Notes: a model not told the origin generated them from the letters alone. A stretch of 64,000 nt of DNA from a virus (IMGVR_UViG_3300030095_006840:1-64000), one strand, 5' to 3'; counted from the first letter of the stretch, positions 36,361-47,733 are shown. Numbers and translations: made by a program.

Positions 36361-37128
36361 ATGCCACATATATCATTTAGTGCCCTAAAAAATTGGGATT
36401 TCTGTCCCTTTTATCACAAACTTACATACATTGATAAAGTAAAAATATTTCAAGGAAATGTTTATACTGCTTTCGGGACAGCACTACATGATACATGTGA
36501 AAATCTTGCTTTGAATGAAGGTTTAAATTATAAAAATCATTTTAAAGATTCCTTTAAACAAGAAATTAATAAGTTAAATGAAATACCTGAAGATCAAAAC
36601 AAATTAATTACTGAAATGTATGATCAAGGAATTGAGTTGGCCTCAATGATTCTAAAAGCTTTAAGTTTAAAGTTTCCAGAATATAAAGTTTTTTCAGCAG
36701 AAGAAAAAATTATAGAAGAATTAAAAGACTCAGAAATACCTTATGACTATAAAGGCTTTTTGGACCTTGTGATTCAAACGCCAGACAATAAATATCACAT
36801 TATTGATTGGAAATCTTGTTCTTGGGGTTGGAACATTGAAAAAAAGACTGATAGAATTACCACTTATCAATTAACTTATTATAAAAATTTCTTTTGCCAG
36901 AAACACAATATTGATCCAACCCAAGTAGAGACATACTTTGGACTTCTCAAAAGAACCGCAAATAAAAATAAGGTAGAATTCTATCGCGTTTCGAGTGGTC
37001 CAAGAAAAATTAAAAATGCTCTAAATATTTTAAACAAAGCAGTATATAATATCCATAATAATAACCACCCTAAAAACAGATTAAAATGTTCAAAATGTGA
37101 ATTCAATAAAACAGAGTGGTGTTCTTAG
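36361..37128 (+). CDS. PD-(D/E)xK Cas4/AddB-like exonuclease
   Basis: SFS...CP, GTALH, GFLDL...IIDWKS, QL..Y, and C-terminal CSKC...C. Confidence 0.85.
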   Translation: MPHISFSALKNWDFCPFYHKLTYIDKVKIFQGNVYTAFGTALHDTCENLALNEGLNYKNHFKDSFKQEINKLNEIPEDQNKLITEMYDQGIELASMILKALSLKFPEYKVFSAEEKIIEELKDSEIPYDYKGFLDLVIQTPDNKYHIIDWKSCSWGWNIEKKTDRITTYQLTYYKNFFCQKHNIDPTQVETYFGLLKRTANKNKVEFYRVSSGPRKIKNALNILNKAVYNIHNNNHPKNRLKCSKCEFNKTEWCS

Positions 37129-37136
37129 GAGAATAA

Positions 37137-38504
37137 GTGACCGAACAACCAAGCAAAAAGAAAATAAAAATATTAACTATCTCAGATCATCCAATGTCTC
37201 CATCAGGCGTTGGAAGTCAAACCAAATATTTCATTATAGAGCTTTTAAAGACGGGAAAATTTGAATTTATTAGTTTAGGTGGTGCCATCCGACACGATAA
37301 TTATCAACCCGGCAAAGTGGAAGGGTTTGAGGATGATTGGGTAATCTTTCCAGTGGATGGATATGGAAACCCCGATACAATCCGCTCAGTCATTAGAACC
37401 CAAAAACCAGATATTTTATGGTTTATGACTGATCCTCGTTTTTATGGTTGGCTTTGGGATATTGAAAACGAAATTCGCTCACTAGTACCGATGGTATACT
37501 ATCATGTGTGGGATAATTTTCCATATCCAACTTTTAACAAACCTTGGTATGATTCAAATGACGTTGTTGCAACCATTTCTAAAGTAACTTCCAATATTGT
37601 ACAGACCGTTTCGCCAACCGTTGAAGAGCACTATATTCCTCACGCAATTCCTCCACAACTTTTTACAAAAGTAGAGGATAAAATGGTTAATGAATTTAAA
37701 AGGAACCAATTGGGTCTGAGTCATATCAATGACGACCATTTTTTGATTTTTTGGAATAGCAGAAACGCCCGTCGCAAACAAAGTGGTTCATTGATTTTCT
37801 GGTTTAATACATTTGTTGAAAAACTAGCGAAAAAACATAAAAACGCCAAAGCAACCCTTTTAATGCACACAGATCCAGAGGATCCCAATGGGCAGGATTT
37901 ATATGCGATCATTCAAGAGCTTAACTTGGGTGGAGATTTTGAAACCAGAAATGGTAGAGTAAAAATCTCTAAACAAAAAACCGATCCTCAAACTCTTTGC
38001 ATGTTGTACAACGCTGCTGATGTAACAATGGGTGTTTCAGACGCAGAAGGTTTTGGCCTTTCTACTTTTGAGTCTTTATCTTGTGGGACACCTATTATTG
38101 TAACTATGACGGGAGGACTACAGGAGCAGGTTACACTTGTTGACTCAGTTTCACAACAAAAAATGGAAACCAGAAATCGAAAAAATAAGGCTGTTACAGA
38201 GTATGAGCATGGTATTGGTCTAGAGCCAGCCTCTAAAGCAATGATTGGCTCACAAGAGGTTCCTTTTATTTATGAAGACAGATTGTCCGAAAAACAAGTC
38301 GTCGATGCACTGATGAAGATGTACGAATACGGACCCGAAAAACGTAATGAATTAGGTAAAGCAGGGTATGAACACATAATGGCTAATTATAATTTTGAAA
38401 ACTTTGCCCAAAAATGGGAAGAAGTAATGACAAACGTTTATGAAAAACATGGCTCATGGGAAAATCGTAAGAACTATAAGTCTTGGGAGTTAAAAACACT
38501 ATGA
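37137..38504 (+). CDS. GT4 glycosyltransferase
   Basis: RNARRK, LYNAADV and EGFGLSTFESLSCGTP motifs. Confidence 0.88.
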   Translation: MTEQPSKKKIKILTISDHPMSPSGVGSQTKYFIIELLKTGKFEFISLGGAIRHDNYQPGKVEGFEDDWVIFPVDGYGNPDTIRSVIRTQKPDILWFMTDPRFYGWLWDIENEIRSLVPMVYYHVWDNFPYPTFNKPWYDSNDVVATISKVTSNIVQTVSPTVEEHYIPHAIPPQLFTKVEDKMVNEFKRNQLGLSHINDDHFLIFWNSRNARRKQSGSLIFWFNTFVEKLAKKHKNAKATLLMHTDPEDPNGQDLYAIIQELNLGGDFETRNGRVKISKQKTDPQTLCMLYNAADVTMGVSDAEGFGLSTFESLSCGTPIIVTMTGGLQEQVTLVDSVSQQKMETRNRKNKAVTEYEHGIGLEPASKAMIGSQEVPFIYEDRLSEKQVVDALMKMYEYGPEKRNELGKAGYEHIMANYNFENFAQKWEEVMTNVYEKHGSWENRKNYKSWELKTL

Positions 38505-40519
38505 AAAAAATTATTGTTAGAGGACCAGCTCTCTCTCTAAGCGGATACGGTGAACATGCAAGGTTTGTATTGCGTTCATTGCGTAAATATCCCGAAATGT
38601 TCGACATTTATCTCATCAATGTTCCTTGGGGCACCACAGGATGGGTGTGGGAAGATAATGAAGAACGAACCTGGATTGATCAAATCTTGGGTAAGACGAT
38701 TGAATATGGTCAAAATGGAGGAACTTTCGACGTATCTGTGCAAGTTCAAATACCAAATGAGTGGGAAAAAATTGCACCTATAAATATCGGAATTACAGCA
38801 GGAATTGAAAGTACAAAAATGTCTCCACAATGGCTTGAAGGTTGTTTAAGGATGGATAAAATCATCACAATTTCTAACCATGCAAAATATGCTCTTGAGA
38901 CAACTGAATACCCAGCACGAAATAATCAAACTGGGGAAAATATTATTGCTAAAACAACTTGCCCTGTTGAGGTGGTTTCATATCCGGTCAAAGAAGTTGA
39001 GAAAGATAAGGGCTTTAAATTAGATTTAAAGCACGATTTTAATTTTTTAGCTGTGGGTACATATATTCCTAGAAAAAATTTGGACAACACTATTAAGTGG
39101 TTTGTTGAAGAGTTTTTTGACGAAGAGGTGGGTTTAATAGTCAAAACTTGTACGACCAAAGGATCAATCCGAGATCGTATACAGACAGAAAAAAAATTAA
39201 GCTCCCTACTAGAAGACTATAAAGGACGCAAATGTCAGGTCTACTTACTGCACGGAGATATGTCGGAAAGTGAAATAACATCCCTCTATCAACATCCAAA
39301 AGTTAAAGCATTTGTCAGCTTAACTCACGGTGAAGGTTTCGGTTTGCCGTTATATGAAGCAGCATATAATGGTCTTCCGATTCTTGCTCCTGATTGGGGT
39401 GGTCATATTGATTTCTTGTATATGAAAACAAAAGATAAAAAAGGTAAGATTAAAAATAAACCGATGTTTTCAACAGTTTCCTATGATATTAAGCCAGTTC
39501 AAGAAGAGGCTGTGTGGGACGGAATCATTCAAAAAGATTCTATGTGGTGCTTTCCCAAAGAATGGCATTATAAAAAGACCCTAAAAACTGTTATTAAAAA
39601 CTATAACACTTTAAAATCACAAGCTAAGAAACTTCAAAAATACTTAATTAGCGAATATGGTGGTGAAACACAATACAAGAAGATGGCAGAATCTGTTTTA
39701 GGTGAAACCATTACAACTATTGATGCGTCAACACTACCTAAAGTATCTATTATCACCTCTGTTTATGATGGTGATGAGTATATTGAGCAATTTCTAGAAA
39801 ATATCACATCTCAAACTATCTTTAAAGATAAATGTGAGTTGCTGCTTATTGATGCAAATTCCCCAGGTAATGAGGAAAAGGTTATTCAAAAGTATATCAA
39901 AAAGTTCCCAGACAACATTATCTATAAAAAACTTGATGAAGATCCTGGTATTTATGGAGTTTGGAACATTGGTGTAGAACTGGCGACAGGAGAATACTTG
40001 ACAAATGCTAATTTAGATGATCGTAAGAGTGGTGATTCTCTAGAGAGACATGCAGCAGCACTTATGATGGCGGAAGATGTTGATTTGGTATACTCTGATA
40101 TGTTGATTACCGAATTACCAAACGATACTTGGAACAATTCTTCCAAACCACGTCAAAAATATAATATGGCAGAATTTTCTTTTGATAATTTATTAAGAGG
40201 AAATATGCCACATGCGGCCCCTATGTGGCGCAAATCAATGCATGACAAGTATGGAACTTTTGACGCCTCTTATAAATCAGCAGGCGACTGGGAAATGTGG
40301 TTGCGTTCAGCATCACAAGGGTCACAATTTAAAAAAATAAATGTTGTTACAAATCTTTATTATTTTAATCCCAAAGGTATTTCTACTAATCCTGAAAACT
40401 TTGCCTGGAAAAGAGAAGAGGAAAAATCTGTATTTAAAAAGTATAAGAAAATTCATTCTGAGTTGCAAAAATCACAAAAAGAAGAGCCCCTTCGTAATGC
40501 TGGTGGCTTAGTGTTATGA
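38501..40519 (+). CDS. GT4 plus GT2 fused glycosyltransferase
   Basis: RKN...GEGFGLPLYEAA (GT4); VSIITSVY...NANLDD...GDWEMWLR (GT2). Confidence 0.88.
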   Translation: MKKIIVRGPALSLSGYGEHARFVLRSLRKYPEMFDIYLINVPWGTTGWVWEDNEERTWIDQILGKTIEYGQNGGTFDVSVQVQIPNEWEKIAPINIGITAGIESTKMSPQWLEGCLRMDKIITISNHAKYALETTEYPARNNQTGENIIAKTTCPVEVVSYPVKEVEKDKGFKLDLKHDFNFLAVGTYIPRKNLDNTIKWFVEEFFDEEVGLIVKTCTTKGSIRDRIQTEKKLSSLLEDYKGRKCQVYLLHGDMSESEITSLYQHPKVKAFVSLTHGEGFGLPLYEAAYNGLPILAPDWGGHIDFLYMKTKDKKGKIKNKPMFSTVSYDIKPVQEEAVWDGIIQKDSMWCFPKEWHYKKTLKTVIKNYNTLKSQAKKLQKYLISEYGGETQYKKMAESVLGETITTIDASTLPKVSIITSVYDGDEYIEQFLENITSQTIFKDKCELLLIDANSPGNEEKVIQKYIKKFPDNIIYKKLDEDPGIYGVWNIGVELATGEYLTNANLDDRKSGDSLERHAAALMMAEDVDLVYSDMLITELPNDTWNNSSKPRQKYNMAEFSFDNLLRGNMPHAAPMWRKSMHDKYGTFDASYKSAGDWEMWLRSASQGSQFKKINVVTNLYYFNPKGISTNPENFAWKREEEKSVFKKYKKIHSELQKSQKEEPLRNAGGLVL

Positions 40520-41343
40520 TTTTACCCGTCGCTTCGGTTGTCACTGAAAAAACCCTGAAAGAGTTTGAACTTTTAAAGTATTCTATTGAACTTTTTCACG
40601 AGTGTGATTGGTCGATTTCATGCGACAAACATGTTTACGACAGACTGGATAAGATTGCAAACGTCACATGTTTGCAACTTATTGAAACAGATGATTGTGA
40701 TCACAACATTCAGGATGCAATAAAACAACAAAATTGGATGAAAGTTATGATGACCAAGTTTGACGCTGTTGAGTTGCACCTAAATAAACACAAACATTGT
40801 TTATTTCTCGATTCGGACATGCTGTTTGTGGGTCCGATTCAAGAAGAGTTTTTAGAGCTTTTTTTAAATTCAAATGTAGATGCAACTATCTCCCAGCATA
40901 TGACAAATAATTGGCCAGTTGAAGCAAAGCACGGTCTTTTTAACGCTGGCATGTTTCACATTCGGAGTAAAGATTTTTTAAACAGTTGGAAAGCTTTATC
41001 CAAAGACTATAAAAAGTATAATTTTTACTTTGAACAACAACCATTAGAATTTGTTCAGAGAAATTTCGTGTCGGTAAATTTTCCTATTAACTACAATATT
41101 GGTTGGTGGAGGTTTAACACCTCACAAACCCGTTCAAGGTTAAACAGTTTACACCTCAAAGATGATAAGGTTTACTTTGGAAATCGCCCAGCCGTTAATT
41201 TCCATGTTCATACTGTTAGGGAGTTAGAATATGAAAATTTTGGACAATTTTTGGTAGACAAAGTAATGGAAATGTTTAAAAACTCCCAAAACAAAGATTA
41301 TGAGTTGATAAGTAAAAAATATCAGGAGTTGAAAGGTGGATAA
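40516..41343 (+). CDS. GT-A fold glycosyltransferase
   Basis: LFLDSD motif; FNAG and EQ motifs. Confidence 0.65.
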   Translation: MILPVASVVTEKTLKEFELLKYSIELFHECDWSISCDKHVYDRLDKIANVTCLQLIETDDCDHNIQDAIKQQNWMKVMMTKFDAVELHLNKHKHCLFLDSDMLFVGPIQEEFLELFLNSNVDATISQHMTNNWPVEAKHGLFNAGMFHIRSKDFLNSWKALSKDYKKYNFYFEQQPLEFVQRNFVSVNFPINYNIGWWRFNTSQTRSRLNSLHLKDDKVYFGNRPAVNFHVHTVRELEYENFGQFLVDKVMEMFKNSQNKDYELISKKYQELKGG

Positions 41344-42256
41344 TTGGGCACTAATAACAACATACAAAATCGTTGATCCTCCTGAAACTCATTTTAGATT
41401 TATGGAGACATTCGTAAATTTTTATGAAAAAAAATGGAATGTAACCAAAACCATCTTATTGGTGGGTATAGCAACAGAAGTTGTTACTGATATGGGTGCA
41501 AATAAAATCCTTTCTCGGGTTTATGATATGAACGAGGGTAAGGTTAGTGGCCCCTATCGTATAGGGGTTGTAAATTGTCCCGATTTCTGCAAAAATCTGA
41601 CCTACTATGAAGGTTTAAAAACAGATATACTTTTTTATGATACAAATTTTTCCACTTCACACGACGAATGGAATCAGATTAAAGACGTGTTATTTCAAGT
41701 TTGTGACAACGTACTGGATCCTCGATATAATAAGGTGATCAATATCGACAATGATGAGTTTTTATGTATGCCCTCGTGGAAGAAACCTGTCGAGAGGATG
41801 GGATTTCATTTTTTAGAATTTGTTCCTCCCAAAATTGAAGAGGAATTTTCATGGGATAAAGATATGACTTGGTGCGAGAAAGGTTGGTATTACACTGGAG
41901 CTTCTCGTGGAAAAAATAAAGTATCACATGGAATTTGTAAAAAATACAAGTTTGACAGATATAACGGGGCAATGGGAGTTTCCTGTATCCATACTGGACA
42001 GACGGAAACATCCCCAGCATGTATGAATTTTGACCCCAAAAATATTCACAAAGATAATATATGCTTTCATCTTGGAGTTTTAGACTACGAACATTACTAC
42101 AAAGGTAAAGCAACTAATCATGATGGAAATCAAATGGGTGAAAAACACGAAGAAGCTTTGAAATCCGCGAAAGATAATTATATCAATTTTTACTCAAATC
42201 CACATAGCAATTTCAAACTCATAACTGATAATTATATAAAAAAGTATAAAATATAA
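41336..42256 (+). CDS. putative glycosyltransferase
   Basis: NIDNDEFL (DxDEF) motif; cluster context. Confidence 0.5.
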   Translation: MDNWALITTYKIVDPPETHFRFMETFVNFYEKKWNVTKTILLVGIATEVVTDMGANKILSRVYDMNEGKVSGPYRIGVVNCPDFCKNLTYYEGLKTDILFYDTNFSTSHDEWNQIKDVLFQVCDNVLDPRYNKVINIDNDEFLCMPSWKKPVERMGFHFLEFVPPKIEEEFSWDKDMTWCEKGWYYTGASRGKNKVSHGICKKYKFDRYNGAMGVSCIHTGQTETSPACMNFDPKNIHKDNICFHLGVLDYEHYYKGKATNHDGNQMGEKHEEALKSAKDNYINFYSNPHSNFKLITDNYIKKYKI

Positions 42257-42267
42257 AAGGAGAAAGT

Positions 42268-42882
42268 ATGGAATTTTTAGGAACCGATTATGGCGGCTGG
42301 CTATTGAATTTAGATTTGGTCCCACAAAACTCAACAATTATATCAGCAGGTATTGGTGAAGATATAAGTTTCGATCTTGAACTCATCCGGCGCAAAAACT
42401 GTCAAGTTGTTGGTGTAGATCCAACATTAAAAAGCCATAAATTTATTGAAGCACAATCCGATTTAGTCAATTTTAGTTTGTTAAAAAAAGCACTCGATAA
42501 GAATGAAGATGATGTTGTTTTTATGTATGAGAATACTAATCCCAATTACGTTTCAGAGTCTATATTGCCAACCCATCATTCAGTAGGAAAAAATTATTAT
42601 TGTGCAGAAACAATAACCTTACCAGAAATCTTTAAACAATATGAAAACATTTCAGTAGTAAAGATGGACATCGAAGGTTCGGAGTATGATGTTTTAGAAA
42701 ACTTAATTTTTATACCAGATTCTGTGAAACAAATGTGCATAGAATTTCATCATTTTTGCACCGAATATGATTTGGAAGATTCTCAAAAAATCCTTGAACA
42801 TCTTAAAAATCTTGGATTTAATCAAATTTATAGCAATAAGCCAAACTCGATTGAGGAAGTAACACTGGTGAGGAATAGATGA
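42268..42882 (+). CDS. FkbM-family methyltransferase
   Basis: YGGW, SAGIGEDISFD, KMDIEGSEY and IEFH motifs. Confidence 0.85.
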   Translation: MEFLGTDYGGWLLNLDLVPQNSTIISAGIGEDISFDLELIRRKNCQVVGVDPTLKSHKFIEAQSDLVNFSLLKKALDKNEDDVVFMYENTNPNYVSESILPTHHSVGKNYYCAETITLPEIFKQYENISVVKMDIEGSEYDVLENLIFIPDSVKQMCIEFHHFCTEYDLEDSQKILEHLKNLGFNQIYSNKPNSIEEVTLVRNR

Positions 42883-43718
42883 ACGTATTCTTTTTTCATT
42901 CTGGAAACCAGGCATATTTAGAAACTGCTGTAAAACACGCATCTTATAAAAATAATGTTATTCTAATTGGGGATAAAACCAATTCTCATCTAGGAAATAT
43001 ACCCAAAGTTCAACACATTGAATTAGATAATTGTCGGAATGATGTAGACAGATTTTTGTCGGCATATAAACACTTACATACAGGTGGGCAAAAATTTGAA
43101 GAATGGTGTTTTATTAGGTGGTTTGCAGTAAGAAATGTGGCGAAACAATTGGGGTTGGAAAGTGTTTTCTATAGCGATTCAGATAATTTAATCTATTCTG
43201 ACTTAAATGAAGTTTATGAAGAGATCGACAAGCCTGATTTAGCCCTCTCAGTTCCGGCATACCAACCACCATATCGCCATGCAGCAACTGGAGAGGTTTC
43301 ATATTGGAGTTATGATAAATTAAATGAATTTTGTGATTTTATTTTAAACATTTATGAGGACGAATTTGACTTCTCTCGTCTTTTAGATAAGTGGTCTTAT
43401 CATGTGGAAAATAAGTTGCCTGGGGGCATTTGTGACATGACTGTTCTGTGGCATTTTTGTAATGAAAATTCTCCTGAAATTATAACAAAAATCTTACCTA
43501 GTGACACCACTTTCGACCATAGTATCAATAATTCTTGCAACCATGAAAATGATGAATATTTGATGGAAAATGGGCTTAAAAAAATCGAGTTTATTGATGG
43601 CGAGCCATATGGGTTTAATGTATTGCAACAAAAAAAAGTCCGTTTTCACAATTTGCAATTCCAAGGAAACACAAAGCATTTGATGGATAATTATGTTAGA
43701 TATAATAACAGTAAGTGA
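42879..43718 (+). CDS. putative glycosyltransferase
   Basis: CFIRW...YSDSD and CDMT motifs. Confidence 0.55.
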   Translation: MNVFFFHSGNQAYLETAVKHASYKNNVILIGDKTNSHLGNIPKVQHIELDNCRNDVDRFLSAYKHLHTGGQKFEEWCFIRWFAVRNVAKQLGLESVFYSDSDNLIYSDLNEVYEEIDKPDLALSVPAYQPPYRHAATGEVSYWSYDKLNEFCDFILNIYEDEFDFSRLLDKWSYHVENKLPGGICDMTVLWHFCNENSPEIITKILPSDTTFDHSINNSCNHENDEYLMENGLKKIEFIDGEPYGFNVLQQKKVRFHNLQFQGNTKHLMDNYVRYNNSK

Positions 43719-44511
43719 TTTTAAGTCGGCATCAGATCCTGTTCGCACCGAGGAAACAATTTACAAACAACTTGTTTCAAATAAAAATAAAATTGATTCA
43801 ATATATTCTTATGCTGCGTTGCCTCTAGCAGAAACAATAAATTCCAGAGGACTTCCAGCCACGCAAAATTTAATTGACTCAATTTGTGAAAATTATAAAG
43901 ATAAAAAACTTTTTTTTGTGTGTCAACATATCTTAGTTAGAGCTTTAAATTTTCACAACCATCTAGTTTTCACCCCACATGCAACTATTTTAGATTCTTT
44001 TATCCCAATTCCCCATTATTCGTGCAATTATGATTTGAATTATGTTAAGCCGTGGGAAGAAAGAAAGTATTTATTTAGCTTTATGGGTTCGTTTAAAACG
44101 CACCAAACCAGATTGAGTGCTTGCGAAAAATTGAAAAATGAACCAGACTGTCTTTTCATTGATACAGGTGATTGGCACTTTTATCATGACTCTTCTAAAA
44201 AAGCAGAAAACAAGAGAAAATATATTGAGCTTTTGGGCGACACAAAATATAGTCTTTGTCCGAGAGGCACTGGTCCGTCAACAATTAGAATGTGGGAATC
44301 AATGGCAATGGGGTCGTGTCCTGTAATTTTAAGTGATTATCTGAAGTATCCTTTAGAATTTGATTTAGATTCCGACTTGTGGACTTCAGTGAAAGAAGAT
44401 TTTACTCTTAGCGATATAAAAGGTGCATTGCCAGAAGACTATGACAACACAGAATATTTCAAATATTTTAGCAATGATAAACTTTATGAATCAATTTTGA
44501 GCGAAATATAG
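43693..44511 (+). CDS. exostosin (GT47)-like glycosyltransferase
   Basis: RKYLFSFMG...YSLCPRG...RMWESMAMGSCPVILSD. Confidence 0.8.
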   Translation: MLDIITVSDFKSASDPVRTEETIYKQLVSNKNKIDSIYSYAALPLAETINSRGLPATQNLIDSICENYKDKKLFFVCQHILVRALNFHNHLVFTPHATILDSFIPIPHYSCNYDLNYVKPWEERKYLFSFMGSFKTHQTRLSACEKLKNEPDCLFIDTGDWHFYHDSSKKAENKRKYIELLGDTKYSLCPRGTGPSTIRMWESMAMGSCPVILSDYLKYPLEFDLDSDLWTSVKEDFTLSDIKGALPEDYDNTEYFKYFSNDKLYESILSEI

Positions 44512-44542
44512 TGTATAATACATTTTATAACCAGGAAGAAAC

Positions 44543-45886
44543 ATGTGCGGAATCTTATTAACTCATAGAAAAAATCAGAACGTAGAAGAGATCGTCAGCC
44601 CCCTCCTGACCAATCGCGGACCTGATAATACTTCTTTTGTTGAAAATGGTGATTACTTGTTTTTACACACACTACTTTCGATGACTGGAGATTTCGTAAA
44701 ACAACCAATCACTCAAGATGACAACATTTGTATTTTCAATGGAGAGATCTATAATCATAAAGATTTCGGAGATTACAGCTCAGATGTTTTTTCCATTTTA
44801 GAATCTTACAAACACAACAAGGCACGATTTGCCTCCCATCTGGACGGAGAGTTCGCGATTGTATTAGCAGACTTTAAAGAGAAGAAGATAAATTTCTGTA
44901 CTGATGTGTTTGGAATTAAACCTCTTTACTACTCTGTTGATGACGGACACCTATCAGCCTGTTCCTATAAAGAGATTTTATACTCTCTAGGTTGCCGAAA
45001 CATCTTAAAAGCGGAACCTAATAAGGTTTTTACTTTTTGTTTAAATAAAAAACAAATAATTAGTGAGCAATCAATACATGATTTTAATTTAAATCAATTT
45101 GAAACATCTTATGATAAGTGGTCAGAACTGTTCCTTGAGGCGATAAAAAAGAGGTTTTTAAACACTCAGCATGACATAATCTTACCATTAAGTAGTGGAC
45201 ATGATAGTGGTGGTATTTCTTGTGCATTGAATATGTTGGGTGTTGATCATTACACCTTTTCATTTTTAGGAAATGAACACAAACAAATCTTACAACAGCG
45301 TTTTGAATTTTCCAAAAATAAAGATAAAATATTTATAAAAGACAACCTTTCAGCGGAAGAAAAACAAAAAGCCTATAGTCTTCTATATGAGAATAGTGGC
45401 CACTTCACCTATGGAAAAGATATTTTAGCACAGAACCAATCACATGATGGGTTTAAAGATGCTGGTGCTTTGGGACTAACTATATTATTGTGGAAAATGA
45501 AAGAAATGTTTCCCACAATTCGTATTTTAGCTTCCGGCCAGGGCGGGGATGAGGTCATGTCTACAATCCAAGGATACGGTTTTGGGGATAAATTCAATCC
45601 ACCAATATTTCCAGAAGAACTAAACACGGTTTTTCCTTGGAACAATTTTTATTATGGGGCGCAATCTTCATATTTATCGAAAGAGGAGAGTGTCACCGGA
45701 GCTTTTGGTATTGAAGGAAGATTTCCTTTTCTTGATGTTTCACTGGTTCAAAGTTTTTTAAATTTAGTTCCCGAGTTAAAAAATAAAGAGTTTAAAGCTC
45801 CTTTGACTAATTTTATGAAAGAGAATTCTTATCCTGTGTTGGTAGGAGAAAATCCTAAAGTTTATAAAAGAGGTTTTAATGTCTGA
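44543..45886 (+). CDS. asparagine-synthase-family glutamine amidotransferase
   Basis: N-terminal MCGI; RGPD, FNGEIYN, SSGHDS, SGQGGDE and RFPFLD. Confidence 0.9.
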   Translation: MCGILLTHRKNQNVEEIVSPLLTNRGPDNTSFVENGDYLFLHTLLSMTGDFVKQPITQDDNICIFNGEIYNHKDFGDYSSDVFSILESYKHNKARFASHLDGEFAIVLADFKEKKINFCTDVFGIKPLYYSVDDGHLSACSYKEILYSLGCRNILKAEPNKVFTFCLNKKQIISEQSIHDFNLNQFETSYDKWSELFLEAIKKRFLNTQHDIILPLSSGHDSGGISCALNMLGVDHYTFSFLGNEHKQILQQRFEFSKNKDKIFIKDNLSAEEKQKAYSLLYENSGHFTYGKDILAQNQSHDGFKDAGALGLTILLWKMKEMFPTIRILASGQGGDEVMSTIQGYGFGDKFNPPIFPEELNTVFPWNNFYYGAQSSYLSKEESVTGAFGIEGRFPFLDVSLVQSFLNLVPELKNKEFKAPLTNFMKENSYPVLVGENPKVYKRGFNV

Positions 45887-46553
45887 TAGTGTGATAATTT
45901 GTGGCTCTAAACCTTATGAGAATTTAAACTTGAACCATATCGTTGACACCTTTGATACAATTGTTAGGAATAATATGCTCATAAATACGAATGGTTACGG
46001 AAAAAAACCATCGTCAATTCAGGTAATGAACTGTCATGTATATGAGAGATATAATAATAAAATAACAGAAGATGAGTGGTGTAGTTTTTACAAAAACGAA
46101 AACATTGAGAAAGAACATGTTAAAAATTTCGTTAAATATATAAACCAAGATAATGGAACCAATTATGTTTTTTATCAAGACAACAATAGTCTTTTAATGA
46201 ATGCCATTTTAAACCACTACAAAATACCAGTACAAATGAAGCGTGTATTAAGATGTGGCATGGGACACGTGGCAGAAGCGTTGAAGTATCAACAAATACC
46301 CTTTTTGATTGGTTTTTCACTTCATGAAGAGGACAATATTAAACATTGTTACAGTAATAAGGACGAGTTAGACTCCTATCATGATCGAGCCACTGAAGCA
46401 GAAATAATTATAGCACTTCATGAGCGAGGTCTGGTCGATGCGTCTTTTTGTGCATTGTTAGATCAAGAAAATATAAGTTTTGATAAATCACTCTTAAAAC
46501 CAACTCAAAAGTCTGTTAAAATTCTAAATGAGTTGGGATATAGAATCGAATGA
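45879..46553 (+). CDS. putative sialyltransferase-like (GT29-like) protein
   Basis: VIICGS...IVDTFDTIVRNN resembles sialylmotif L; LIGF and H motifs; weak match. Confidence 0.45.
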   Translation: MSDSVIICGSKPYENLNLNHIVDTFDTIVRNNMLINTNGYGKKPSSIQVMNCHVYERYNNKITEDEWCSFYKNENIEKEHVKNFVKYINQDNGTNYVFYQDNNSLLMNAILNHYKIPVQMKRVLRCGMGHVAEALKYQQIPFLIGFSLHEEDNIKHCYSNKDELDSYHDRATEAEIIIALHERGLVDASFCALLDQENISFDKSLLKPTQKSVKILNELGYRIE

Positions 46554-46888
46554 TAGTATTTGTAGACATAGATGAAACAATATGCATAAATGATGATGGT
46601 GACAAGTCAAAAGCAAGAGATTATGAAAAAGCAAAACCAGTTGAAGCTAATATCCAGGCAGTCAACAAGCTTTACGATGAAGGTCATCACATAACGTATT
46701 GGACTGCTCGCGGCGCTAGAACTGGAATAGACTGGACTGAAGTAACCAGAAAACAATTAAATAAATGGGGTTGCAAATATAACGATTTAAAACTCGGTAA
46801 ACCTCACTACGATATTTACATTGATGATAAATCAATCAATACGCGAAGATGGGAGTCGTTGGATAGATGCTTACCAGAACTGTTATAG
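46550..46888 (+). CDS. HAD-family phosphatase
   Basis: DIDET, WTARG and KP..DIYIDDK motifs. Confidence 0.85.
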   Translation: MIVFVDIDETICINDDGDKSKARDYEKAKPVEANIQAVNKLYDEGHHITYWTARGARTGIDWTEVTRKQLNKWGCKYNDLKLGKPHYDIYIDDKSINTRRWESLDRCLPELL

Positions 46889-47733
46889 GAATCCCAGCAT
46901 CATTTGATGTTGATGGAAATTTAGAAACTAATTCCACTGAAAATTACTTAAAATATCTTGAAGACAAAGGTGTAAATACTGTTATGACAACAGAAGGCAC
47001 TTCAACTTTTAACTTATTAACAGAAGACGAAATTCATAGACTAAATGAGAGTGTGGTTTCAAACTTTTCTGGATTTAAAATAATAGGAGTTCCTAACCTT
47101 TCTTTAAGAGGAGTGTTGGAATTTGTTAAGAAAGCAGAAGATTATCTTGATGACAAATCCAATCTTATGTTTCTTTACCCTGAAAGGTTTTATAATGAGA
47201 AAATAATTGTAGACTTTTTCAAGGAAATAAGAAACCAAACAAACTCAAACATTTATGTTCATGGTAAAACAATCAGAAATGGAACTGGCGGAACATGGGA
47301 TTATAATAGCTCAGTTATAAACGAATTGTTTGATAAAAATATCCTTAAAGGTATTAAAGAGGAGCACCCTAATTTGTTAAAATCTTATGATTTTGTGAGC
47401 AAATTAGACAAGAAAATTGATGTTATTGTAGCGGGTGGAAGTATGCGTAGATATGAATATTTGCGTTCTGCTGGTGCTAATAGTTTTCTCTCTGGTGTTG
47501 GAAATTTATTTCCAGAAATTGAGCAAGCATATATTGATGGCTACAAGGATGAAGCACTAGAAGTAGAGAAAAAATTGTTTACAGTTTTTATGAAAAACGG
47601 TTGGCACAAATCTCTTAGAAATGGTTTAAAATATTTAAACTTAACATGTTATAATAATAGAAAACCTTGGCCCGAAACATCTGAAGAAGAAATGTTAGAA
47701 GTAGGGAATGTGATAGAGGAAATTAAAATATGA
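46867..47733 (+). CDS. DHDPS/N-acetylneuraminate-lyase-family class I aldolase
   Basis: TTEGT phosphate loop, GIKEE Schiff-base Lys, SGVGNLFPE. Confidence 0.75.
   Translation: MLTRTVIGIPASFDVDGNLETNSTENYLKYLEDKGVNTVMTTEGTSTFNLLTEDEIHRLNESVVSNFSGFKIIGVPNLSLRGVLEFVKKAEDYLDDKSNLMFLYPERFYNEKIIVDFFKEIRNQTNSNIYVHGKTIRNGTGGTWDYNSSVINELFDKNILKGIKEEHPNLLKSYDFVSKLDKKIDVIVAGGSMRRYEYLRSAGANSFLSGVGNLFPEIEQAYIDGYKDEALEVEKKLFTVFMKNGWHKSLRNGLKYLNLTCYNNRKPWPETSEEEMLEVGNVIEEIKI

Noticed and set aside
36361-37128. CRISPR-Cas system suggested by the Cas4-like nuclease
   Set aside because: There is no cas1/cas2 or effector gene and no repeat-spacer array. Stand-alone Cas4-like nucleases are common in phages.
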